From: Eledone cirrhosa
Lineage: Eukaryota
Length of the DNA stretch: 64,000 bases
Assembly (NCBI GenBank): GCA_964016885.1
Contig: OZ024742.1
Coordinates: 215,512,001 to 215,576,000 of the forward strand
Reading direction: 5' to 3'
The notes under the pieces were generated by a model. The model saw only the letters and a program-made list of their open reading frames with translations, was not told the origin of the DNA and searched no databases. Shown piece by piece: positions 13,001 to 24,290 of this stretch. A program made the translations under genes and the position numbers. Position 1 is the stretch's first letter. Each line of letters opens with the position of its first letter.

Positions 13001-16000
13001 GTGTTTGTAGTGGTGTCATGTTGTTGATAGTTAGAGAGTTGGTGAAGTGATGTTTGTAGTGGTGTGTTGTTGGTGATAGTTAGATAGTTGGTGGAGTGGT
13101 GTTTGTAGTGGTGTGTTGTTGGTGATAGTTAGATAGATGGTGGAGTGGTGTTTGTAGTGGTGTGTTGTTGGTGATAGTGAGATAGATGGTGGAGTGGTGT
13201 TTGTAGTGGTGTGTTGTTGGTGATAGTTAGATAGTTGTTGGAGTGGTGTGTTGTTGCTGATAGTTAGATAGTTGGTGGAGTGGTGTTTGTAGTGGTGTTG
13301 TTGCTGATAGTTTGATAGTTGGTGGAGTGGTGTTTGTAGTGGTGTGGTGTTGGTGATAGTTAGATAGTTGGTGGAGTGGTGTTTGTAGTGGTGTGTTGTT
13401 GCTGATAGTTAGATAGTTGGTGGAGTGGTGTTTGTAGTGGTGTGGTGTTGGTGATAGTTAGATAGATGGTGGAGTGTTGTTTATAGTGGTGTGTTGTTGG
13501 TACAGTTAGATAGTTAGTGGAGTGGTGTTTGTAGTGGTGTGTTGTTGCTGATAGTTAGATAGTTGGTGGAGTGGTGTTTGTAGTGGTGTGTTGTTGGTAT
13601 AGTTAGATAGTTGGTGGAGTGGTGTTTGTAGTGGTGTGTTGTTGCTGATAGTTAGATAGATGGTGGAGTGCTGTTTGTAGTGGTGTGTTGTTGGTGATAG
13701 TTAGATAGATGCTGGAGTGGTGTTTGCAGTGGTGTGTTGTTGGTGATAGTTAGATAGTTGGTGGAGTGGTGTTTGTAGTGGTGTGTTGTTGCTGATAGTT
13801 AGATAGTTGTTGGAGTGGTGTTTGTAGTGCTGTGTTGTTGCTGATATTTAGATAGTTGGTGGAGTGGTGTTTGTAGTGGTGTGTTGTTGCTGATGGTTAG
13901 ATAGTTGATGGAGTGGTGTTTGTAGTGGTGTGTTGTTGCTGATAGATAGATAGTTGGTGGAGTGGTGTTTGTAGTGGTGTGTTGTTGGTGATAGATAGAT
14001 AGATGGTGGAGTGTTGTTTGTAGTGGTGCGTTGTTGCTGATAGTTAGATAGTTGGTGGAGTGGTGTTAGTAGTGGTGTGTTGTTGGTGATAGTTAGATAG
14101 ATGGTGGAGTGGTGTTTGTAGTGGTGTGTTGTTTCTGATAGTTAGATAGTTGGTGGTGTGGTGTTTGTAGTGATGTGTTGTTGATGATAGTTAAATAGAT
14201 GGTGGAGTGGTGTTTGTAGTGATGTGTTGTTGCTGATAGTTAGATAGTTGGTGGAATGGTGTTTGTAGTGGTGTGTTGTTGGTGAAAGTTAGATAGATGG
14301 TGGGGTGGTGTTTGTAGTGGTGTGTGGTTGGTGATAGTTAGATAGATGGTGGAGTGGTGTTTGTAGTGGTGTGTTGTTGGTGATAGTTAGATAGTTGGTG
14401 GAGTGGTGTTTGTAGTGGTGTGTTGTCGGTGATAGTTAGATAGATGGTGGAGTGGTGTTTGTAGTGGTGTGTTGTCGGTGATAGTTAGATAGATGGTGGA
14501 GTGGTGTTTGTAGTGAGGTGTTGTTGCTTATAGTTAGATAGTTGGTGGAGTGGTGTTTTAGTGGTGTGTTGTTGGTGATAGTTAGATAGATGGTGGAGTG
14601 GTGTTTCTAGTGGTGTGTTGTTGGTGATAGTTAGATAGTTAGTGGAGTGGTTTTTGTAGTCGTTTGTTGTTTCTGATAGTTAGATAGATGGTGAAGTGGA
14701 GTGGTGTTTGTAGTGATGTGTTGTTGGTGATTGTTAGATAGTTAGTGGAGTGGTGTTTGTAGTGGTGTGCTGTTTGTGATAGTTAGATAGATGGTGGAGT
14801 GGTGTTTGTAGTGGTGTGTTGTTGGTGATAGCTAGATAGATGGTGGAGTGGTGTGTTGTTGGTGATAGTTAGATAGTTGGTGGAGTGGTGTTTGTAGTAG
14901 TGTTGTTGCTGATAGTGAGATAGATGGTGGAGGGGTGTTTGTAGTGGTGTGTTGTTGGTGATAGTAGATAGATGGTGGAGTAGTGTTTGTAGTGATGTGT
15001 TGTTGGTGATAGTTAGATAGTTGGTGGAGTGGTGTTTGTAGTGGTGTGTTGTTGGTGATAGTTAGATAGTTGGTGAAGTGGTGTTTGTAGTGGTGTATTG
15101 TTGGTGATAGTTAGATAGATGGTGGAGTGGTGTTTGTAGTGATGTGTTGTTTCTGATAGTTAGATAGTTGGTGGAGTGGTGTTTGTAGTGGGGTCATGTT
15201 GTTGATAGTTAGATAGTTGGTGGAGTGGTGTTTGTAGTGGTGTCATGTTGTTGATAGTTAGATAGTTGGTGGAGTGGTGTTTGTAGTGGTGTGTTGTGGT
15301 GATAGTTAGATAGATGGTGGAGTGGTGTTTGTAGTGGTGTGTTGTTGGTGATAGTGAGATAGATGGTGGAGTGGTGTTTGTAGTGGTGTGTTGTTGCTGA
15401 TAGTTAGATAGTTGGTAGAGTGGTGTTTGTAGTGGAGTGTTGTTGATGATAGTTAGATAGTTGGTGGAGAGGTGTTTGTAGTGGTGTGTTGTTGGTGATA
15501 GTTAGACAGTTGGTGGAGTGGTGTTTGTAGTGGTGTGGTGTTGGTGATAGTTAGATAGTTGGTGGAGTGGTGTTTGTAGTGGTGTGTTGTTGCTGATAGT
15601 TAGATAGTTGGTGGAGTGGTGTTTGTAGTGGTGTGGTGTTGGTGATAGTTAGATAGTTGGTGGAGTGGTGTTTGTAGTGGCGTGTTGTTGCTGATAGTTA
15701 GATAGTTGTTTGAGTGGTGTTTGTAGTGGTGTGGTGTTGGTGATAGTTAGATAGATGGTGGAGTGTTGTTTATAGTGGTGTGTTGTTGGTACAGTTAGAT
15801 AGTTGGTGGAGTGGTGTTTGTAGTGGTGTGTTGTTGCTGATAGTTAGATAGTTGGTGGAGTGGGGTTTGTAGTGGTGTGGTGTTGGTGATAGTTAGATAG
15901 ATGGTGGAGTGGTGTTTGTAGTGGTGTGTTGTTGGTATAGTTAGATAGTTGGTGGAGTGCTGATTGTAGTGGTGTGTTGTTGCTGATAGTTAGATAGATG

Positions 16001-19000
16001 GTGGAGTGCTGTTTGTAGTGGTGTGTTGTTGGTGATAGTTAGATAGATGGTGGAGTGGTGTTTGCAGTGGTGTGTTGTTGGTGATAGTTAGATAGTTGGT
16101 GGAGTGGTGTTTGTAGTGGTGTGTTGTTGCTGATAGTTAGATAGTTGTTGGAGTGGTGTTTGTAGTGCTGTGTTGCTGCTGATATTTAAGATAGTTGGTG
16201 GAGTGGTGTTTGTAGTGGTGTGTTGTTGCTGATGGTTAGATAGTTGATGGAGTGGTGTTTGTAGTGGTGTGTTGTTGTTGATAGTTAGATAGTTGGTGGA
16301 GAGGTGTTTGTAGTGGTGTGTTGTTGGTGATAGTTAGACAGTTGGTGGAGTGGTGTTTGTAGTGGTGTGGTGTTGGTGATAGTTAGATAGTTGGTGGAGT
16401 GGTGTTTGTAGTGGTGTGTTGTTGCTGATAGTTAGATAGTTGGTGGAGTGGTGTTTGTAGTGGTGTGGTGTTGGTGATAGTTAGATAGTTGGTGGAGTGG
16501 TGTTTGTAGTGGTGTGTTGTTGCTAATAGTTAGATAGTTGTTTGAGTGGTGTTTGTAGTGGTGTGGTGTTGGTGATAGTTAGATAGATGGTGGAGTGTTG
16601 TTTATAGTGGTGTGTTGTTGGTACAGTTAGATAGTTGGTGGAGTGGTGTTTGTAGTGGTGTGTTGTTGCTGATAGTTAGATAGATGGTGGAGTGGTGTTT
16701 GCGGTGGTGTGTTGTTGGTATAGTTAGATAGTTGGTGGAGTGCTGTTTGTAGTGGTGTGTTGTTGCTGATAGTTAGATAGATGGTGGAGTGCTGTTTGTA
16801 GTGGTGTGTTGTTGGTGATAGTTAGATAGATGGTGGAGTGGTGTTTGTAGTGATGTGTTGTTTCTGAATAGTTAGATAGTTGGTGGAGTGGTGTTTGTAG
16901 TGGTGTCATTTTGCTGATAGTTAGATAGTTGTTGGAGTGGTGTTTGTAGAGGTGTGTTGTTGGTGATAGTGAGATAGTTGTTGGAGTGGTGTTTGTAGAG
17001 GTGTGTTGTTGGTGATAGTGAGATAGATGGTGGAGTAGTGTTTGTAGTGGTGTGTTGTTGGTGATAGTTAGATAGTTGGTAAAGTTTTGTTTGTAGTGGT
17101 GTGTTGTTGCTGATAGTTAGATAGTTGGTGGAGTGGTGTTTTTAGTGGTGTGTTGTTGGTGATAGTTAGATAGATGTTGGAGTGGTGTTTGTAGTTGTGT
17201 GTTGTTGGTGATAGTTAGATAGTTGGTGGAGTGGTGTTTGTCGTGGTTTGTTGTTGGTGATAGTTAGATAGATGGTGGAGTGGTGTTTGTAGTGGTGTGT
17301 TGTTGTTGATAGTTAGATAGTTGGTGGAGTGGTGTTTGTAGTGGTGTGTTGTTGGTGATTGTTAGATAGTTGGTGCAGTGGTGTTTGAAGTGGTGTGTTG
17401 TTGGTGATAGTTATATATATGGTGGAGTGGTGTTTGTAGTGATGTGTTGTTTCTGATAGATAGATAGTTGGTGGAGTGGTGTTTGTAGCGGTGTCATGTT
17501 GTTCATAGTTAGATAGTTGGTGAAGTGGTGTTTGTAGTGGTGTGTTGTTGGTGATAGTTAGATAGTTGGTGGAGTGGTGTTTGTAGTGGTGTGTTGTTGC
17601 TGATATTTAGATAGTTGGTGGAGTGGTGTTTGTAGTGGTGTGTTGTTGGTGATAGTGAGATAGATGGTGGAGTGGTGTTTGTAGTGGTGTGTTGTTGGTG
17701 ATAGATAGATAGTTGGTTAAGTGGTGTTTATAGTGGTGTGTTGTTGCTGATAGTTAGATAGATGGTGGAGTGGTGTTTGGAGTGGTGTTTGTAGTGGTGT
17801 GTTGTTGCTGATAGTTAGATAGTTGGTGGTGAGGTGTTTGTAGTGGTGTGTTGTTGGTGATAGTTAGATAGTTGGTGGAGTGGTGTTTGCAGTTGTGTGT
17901 TGTTGCTGATAGTTAGATAGATGGTGGAGTGGTGTTTGTAGTGGTGTGTTGTTGGTGATAGTTAGATAGTTGGTGGAGTGGTGTTTGTAGTGGTGTGTTG
18001 TTGCTGATAGTTAGATAGTTGGTGGAGTGGTGTTTGTAGTGGTGTATTGTTGCTGATAGTTAGATAGTTGGTGGAGTGGTGTTTGTAGTGGTGTGGTGTT
18101 GGTGATAGTTAGATAGTTGGTGGAGTGGTGTTTGTAGTGGTGTGTTGTTGGTATTGTTAGATAGTTGGTGGAGTGGTGTTTGGAGTGGTGTGTTGTTGCT
18201 GATAGTTAGATAGTTGGTGGAGTGGTGTTTGTAGTGGTGTGGTGTTGGTGATAGTTATATAGTTGGTGGAGTGGTGTTTGTAATGGTGTGTTGTTGCTGA
18301 TAGTTAGATAGATGGTGGAGTGGTGTTTGAAGTGGTGTATTGTTGCTGATAGTTAGATAGTTGGTGGAGTGGTGTTTGTAGTGGTGTGGTGTTTGTGATA
18401 GTTAGATAGTTGGTGGAGTGGTGTTTGTAGTGGTGTGTTGTTGCTGATAGTAAGATAGATGGTGGAGTGGTGTTTGTAGTGGTGTGTTGTTGCTGATAGT
18501 GAGATAGATGTTGGAGTGGTGTTTGTAGTGGTGTGTTGTTGGTGATAGTTAGATAGATGGTGGAGTGGTGTTTGTAGTGGTGTGTTGTTGGTGATAGTTA
18601 GATAGTTGGTGGAGTGGTGTTTGTAGTGGTGTGTTGTTGGTATTGTTAGATAGTTGGTGGAGTGGTGTTTGGAGTGGTGTGTTGTTGCTGATAGTTAGAT
18701 AGTTGGTGGAGTGGTGTTTGCAGTTGTGTGTTGTTGCTGATAGTTAGATAGTTGGTGGAGTGGTGTTTGTAGTGGTGTCATGTTGCTGATAGTTAGATAG
18801 TTGGTGAAGTGGTGTTTGTAGTGGTATGTTGTTGGTGATAGTTAGATAGATGGTGGAGTGGTGTTTGTAGTGGTGTGTTGTTGGTGATAGTTAGATAGTT
18901 GGTAAAGTTGTGTTTGTAGTGGTGTGTTGTTGCTGATAGTTAAATAGTTGGTGGAGTGGTGTTTTTAGTGGTGTGTTGTTGGTGATAGTTAGATAGTTGG

Positions 19001-19015
19001 TGGAGTGGTGTTTGT
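7060..19015 (+). repeat. Large tandem duplication of ~6 kb (~7060-12960 vs ~12940-19015), offset stepping 6056/6105/6154/6203/6056
   Basis: gtttgat 7254/13310 (6056), gctag 8726/14831 (6105), tagtggggtc 9081/15186 (6105), identical 61-aa ORFs 10570/16724 (6154), ttatatatat 11355/17411 (6056), gtggtatg 12765/18821 (6056). Confidence 0.9.
9340..10680 (+). repeat. Nested duplication, offset 783 bp (16 monomers minus 1 bp); its counterpart in the second 6-kb copy has offset 832
   Basis: ggagagg 9361/10144; acagttgg 9401/10184; counterpart acag 15506/16338. Confidence 0.83.
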
Positions 19016-22000
19016 AGTAGTGTGTTGTTGCTGATAGCTAGATAGATGGTGGAGTGGTGTTTGTAGTGGTGTGTTGTTGGTGATAGTTAGATAGATGGTG
19101 GAGTGGTGTTTGTAGTGGTGTGTTGTTGGTGATAGTTAGATAGTTGGTGGAGTGGTGTTTGTAGTGGTTTGTTGTTGGTGATAGTTAGATAGATGTTGGA
19201 GTGGTGTTTGTAGTTGTGTGTTGTTGGTGATAGTTAGATAGTTGGTGGAGTGGTGTTTGTAGTGGTTTGTTGTTGGTGATAGTTAGATAGATGTCGGAAT
19301 GGTGTTTGTAGTTGTGTGTTGTTGGTGATAGTTAGATAGTTGGTGGAGTGGTGTTTGCAGTGGTGTGTTGTTGGTGATTGTTAGATAGTTGGTGCAGTGT
19401 TGTTTGTAGTGGTGTGTTGTTGGTGATAGTTAGATAGTTGGTGGAGTGGTGTTTGTAGTGGTGTGTTGTTGCTGATAGTAAGATAGATGGTGGAGTGGTG
19501 TTTGTAGTGGTGTGTTGTTGCTGATAGTGAGATAGATGTTTGAGTGGTGTTTGTAGTGGAGTGTTGTTGGTGATAGTTAGATAGTTGGTGGAGTGGTGTT
19601 TGTAGTAGTGTGTTGTTGCTGATAGTGAGATAGTTGGTGGAGTGGTGTTTATAGTGGTGTGTTGTTGCTGATAGTGAGATAGATGGTGGAGGGGTGTTTG
19701 TAGTGGTGTGTTGTTGGTGATAGTTAGATAGATGGTGGAGTGGTGTTTGTAGTGATGTGTTGTTTCTGATAGATAGATAGTTGGTGGAGTGGTGTTTGTA
19801 GTGGTGTCATGTTGTTCATAGTTAGATAGTTGGTGAAGTGGTGTTTGTAGTGGTGTGTTGTTGGTGATAGTTAGATAGTTGGTGGAGTGGTGTTTGTAGT
19901 GGTGTGTTGTTGCTGATAGTTAGATAGTTGGTGGAGTGGTGTTTGTAGTGGTGTGTTGTTGGTGATAGTGAGATAGATGGTGGAGTGGTGTTTGTAGTGG
20001 TGTGTTGTTGGTGATAGATAGATAGTTGGTTAAGTGGTGTTTATAGTGGTGTGTTGTTGCTGATAGTTAGATAGTTGGTGGAGTGGTGTTTGGAGTGGTG
20101 TTTGTAGTGGTGTGTTGTTGCTGATAGTTAGATAGTTGGTGGAGTGGTGTTTGTAGTGGTGTCATGTTGTTCATAGTTAGATAGTTGGTGGAGTGGTGTT
20201 TTTAGTGGTGTGTTGTTGGTGATAGTTAGATAGTTGGTGGAGTGGTGTTTGTAGTAGTGTGTTGTTGCTGATAGCTAGATAGTTGGTGGAGAGGTGTTTG
20301 TAGTGGTGTGTTGTTGGTGATAGTTAGATAGTTGGTGGAGTGGTGTTTGCAGTTGTGTGTTGTTGCTGATAGTTAGATAGATGGTGGAGCGGTGTTTGTA
20401 GTGGTGTGTTGTTGGTGATAGTTAGATAGTTGGTGGAGTGGTGTTTGTAGTGGTGTGTTGTTGCTGATAGTTAGCTAGTTGGTGGAGTGGTGTTTGTAGT
20501 GGTGTGTTGTTGCTGATAGTTAGATAGTTGGTGGAGTGGTGTTTGTAGTGGTGTGGTGTTGGTGATAGTTAGATAGTTGGTGGAGTGGTGTTTGTAGTGG
20601 TGTGTTGTTGCTGATAGTTAGATAGTTGGTGGAGTGGTGTTTGTAGTGGTGTTGTGTTGGTGATAGTTAGATAGATGGTGGAGTGTTGTTTATAGTGGTG
20701 TGTTGTTGGTATTGTTAGATAGTTGGTGGAGTGGTGTTTGGAGTGGTATGTTGTTGCTGATAGTTAGATAGTTGGTGGAGTGGTGTTTGTAGTGGTGTGG
20801 TGTTGGTGATAGTTAGATAGTTGGTGGAGTGGTGTTTGTAATGGTGTTTTGTTGCTGATAGTTAGATAGATGGTGGAGTGGTGTTTGAAGTGGTGTGTTG
20901 TTGCTGATAGTTAGATAGTTGGTGGAGTGGTGTTTGTAGTGGTGTGCTGTCGGTGATAGTTAGATAGTTGGTGGAGTGGTGTTTGTAGTGGTGTGTTGTT
21001 GCTGATAGTAAGATAGATGGTGGAGTGGTGTTTGTAGTGGAGTGTTGTTGCTGATAGTGAGATAGATGTTGGAGTGGTGTTTGTAGTGGTGTGTTGTTGG
21101 TGATAGTTAGATAGTTGGTGGAGTGGTGTTTGTAGTAGTGTGTTGTTGCTGATAGTGAGATAGTTGGTGGAGGTGTGTTTATAGTGGTGTGTTGTTGCTG
21201 ATAGTGAGATAGATGGTCGAGGGGTGTTTGTAGTGGTGTGTTGTTGGTGATAGTAGATAGATTGTGGAGTAGCATTTGTAGTGATGTGTTGTTTGTGATA
21301 GTTAGATAGTTGGTGGAGTGGTGTTTGTAGTGGTGTGTTGTTGGTGATAGTTAGATAGATGGTGGAGTGGTTTTTGTAGTGATGTGTTTTTTCTGATAGT
21401 GAGATAGTTGGTGGAGTGGTGTTTGTAGTGGTGTCATGTTGTTCATAGTTAGATAGTTGGTGAAGTGGTGTTTGTAGTGGTGTGTTGTTGGTGATAGTTA
21501 GATAGTTGGTGGAGTGGTGTTTGTAGTGGTGTGTTGTTGGTGATAGTTAGATAGTTGGTGGAGTGGTGTTTGTAGTGGTGTGTTGTTGCTGATATTTAGA
21601 TAGTTGGTGGTGTGGTGTTTGTAGTGGTGTGTTGTTGGTGATAGTTAGATAGTTGGTGGAGTTGTATTTGTAGTGGTGTGTTGTCGGTGATAGTTAGATT
21701 GATGGTGGAGTGGTGTTTGTAGTGGTGTGTTGTTGGTGATAGTTAGATAGTTGGTGGAGTGGTGTTTATAGTGGTGTGTTGTTGCCGATAGTTAGATAGT
21801 TGGTGGAGTGGTGTTTGGAGTGGTGTTTGTAGTGGTGTGTTGTTGGTGATAGTTATATAGTTGGTAAAGTGGTGTTTGTAGTGGTGTGTTGTTGCTGATA
21901 GTTAGATAGTTGGTGGAGTGGTGTTTGTAGCGGTGTGTTGTTGGTGATAGTTAGATAGTTGGTGGAGTGGTGTTTGTAGTAGTGTGTTGTTGCTGATAGT

Positions 22001-23269
22001 TAGATAGTTGGTGGAGTGGTGTTTGTAGTGGTGTGTTGTTGCTGATAGTTAGATAGTTGGTGGAGTGGTGTTTGTAGTGGTGTGTTGTTGGTGATAGTTA
22101 GATAGTTGGTGGAGTGGTGTTTGTAGTGGTGTGTTGTTGGTGATAGTTAGATATATGGTGGAGTGGTGTTTGTATTGGTGTGTTGTTGGTAATAGTTAGA
22201 TAGTTGGTGGAGTGGTTTTTGTAGTGGTGTGTACTTGGTCATAGTTAGATAGTTGGTGGAGTGGTGTTTGTAGTGGTGTGTTGTTGCTGATAGTTAGATA
22301 GTTGGCGGAGTGGTGTTTATAGTGGTGTGTTGTTGCTGATAGTTAGATAGTTAGTGGAGTGGTGTTTGTAGTGGTGTGTTGTTGGTGATAGTTAGATAGT
22401 TGGTGGAGTGGTGTTTGTAGTGGTGTATTTTTGGTGATAGTTAGAAAGATGGTGGAGTGGTGTTTGTAGTGATGTGTCGTTTCTGATAGTTAGATAGTTG
22501 GTGGAGTGGTGTTTGTAGTGGTGTCATGTTGCTGATAGTTAGATAGTTGGTGAAGTGGTGTTTGTAGTGGTGTGTTGTAGGTGATAGTTAGATGGTTGGT
22601 GGAGTGGTGTTTGTAGAGGTGTGTTGTTGGTGATAGTGAAATAGATGGTGGAGTGGTGTTTGTAGTGGTGTGTTGTTGGTGATAGTTAGATAGTTGGTGG
22701 AGTGGTGTTTGTCGTGGTTTGTTGTTGGTGATAGTTAGATAGATGTTGGAATGGTGTTTGTAGTTGTGTGTTGTTGTTGATAGTTAGATAGTTGGTGGAG
22801 TGGTGTTTGTAGTGGTGTGTTGTTGCTGATAGTAAGATAGATGGTGGAGTGGTGTTTGTAGTGGTGTGTTGTTGCTGATAGTGAGATAGATGTTGGAGTG
22901 GTGTTTGTAGTGGAGTGTTGTTGGTGATAGTTAGATAGTTGGTGCAGTGGTGTTTGAAGTGGTGTGTTGTTGGTGATCGTTAGATAGTTGGTGCAGTGGT
23001 GTTTGTAGTGGTGTGTTGTTGGTGATAGTTAGATAGTTGGTGCAGTGGTGTTTGTAGTGGTGTGTTGTTGGTGATCGTTAGATAGTTGGTGCAGTGGTGT
23101 TTGTAGTGGTGTGTTGTTGGTGATAGTTAGATAGTTGGTGGAGTGGTGTTTGTAGTGGTGTGTTGTTGCTGATAGTAAGATAGATGGTGGAGTGGTGTTT
23201 GTAGTGGTGTGTTGTTGCTGATAGTGAGATAGATGTTGGAGTGGTGTTTGTAGTGGAGTGTTGTTGGTG

Positions 23270-24290
23270 ATAGTTAGATAGTTGGTGGAGTGGTGTTTGA
23301 AGTGGTGTGTTGTTGGGGATAGTTATATATATGGTGGAGTGGTGTTTGTAGTGATGTGTTGTTTCTGATAGATAGATAGTTGGTGGAGTGGTGTTTGCAG
23401 CGGTGTCATGTTGTTCATAGTTAGATAGTTGGTGAAGTGGTGTTTGTAGTGGTGTGTTGTTGGTGATAGTTAGATAGTTGGTGGAGTGGTGTTTGTAGTG
23501 GTGTGTTGTTGCTGATAGTTAGATAGTTGGTGGAGTGGTGTTTGTAGTGGTGTGTTGTTGGTGATAGTGAGATAGATGGTGGAGTGGTGTTTGTAGTGGT
23601 GTGTTGTTGGTGATAGATAGATAGTTGGTTAAGTGGTGTTTATAGTGGTGTGTTGTTGCTGATAGTTAGATAGATGGTGGAGTGGTGTTTGGAGTGGTGT
23701 TTGTAGTGGTGTGTTGTTGCTGATAGTTAGATAGTTGGTGGTGAGGTGTTTGTAGTGGTGTGTTGTTGGTGATAGTTAGATAGTTGGTGGAGTGGTGTTT
23801 GAAGTGGTGTGTTGTTGGGGATAGTTATATATATGGTGGAGTGGTGTTTGTAGTGATGTGTTGTTTCTGATAGATAGATAGTTGGTGGAGTGGTGTTTGC
23901 AGCGGTGTCATGTTGTTCATAGTTAGATAGTTGGTGAAGTGGTGTTTGTAGTGGTGTGTTGTTGGTGATAGTTAGATAGTTGGTGGAGTGGTGTTTGTAG
24001 TGGTGTGTTGTTGCTGATAGTTAGATAGTTGGTGGAGTGGTGTTTGTAGTGGTGTGTTGTTGGTGATAGTGAGATAGATGGTGGAGTGGTGTTTGTAGTG
24101 GTGTGTTGTTGGTGATAGATAGATAGTTGGTTAAGTGGTGTTTATAGTGGTGTGTTGTTGCTGATAGTTAGATAGATGGTGGAGTGGTGTTTGGAGTGGT
24201 GTTTGTAGTGGTGTGTTGTTGCTGATAGTTAGATAGTTGGTGGTGAGGTGTTTGTAGTGGTGTGTTGTTGGTGATAGTTAGATAGTTGGT
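23270..24290 (+). repeat. Tandem duplication, period 502 bp (10 monomers including one 61-bp variant)
   Basis: tgttggggat 23311/23813; ttatatatat, tttgcagcgg, ggttaag and ggtgagg variants recur in the same order. Confidence 0.88.
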
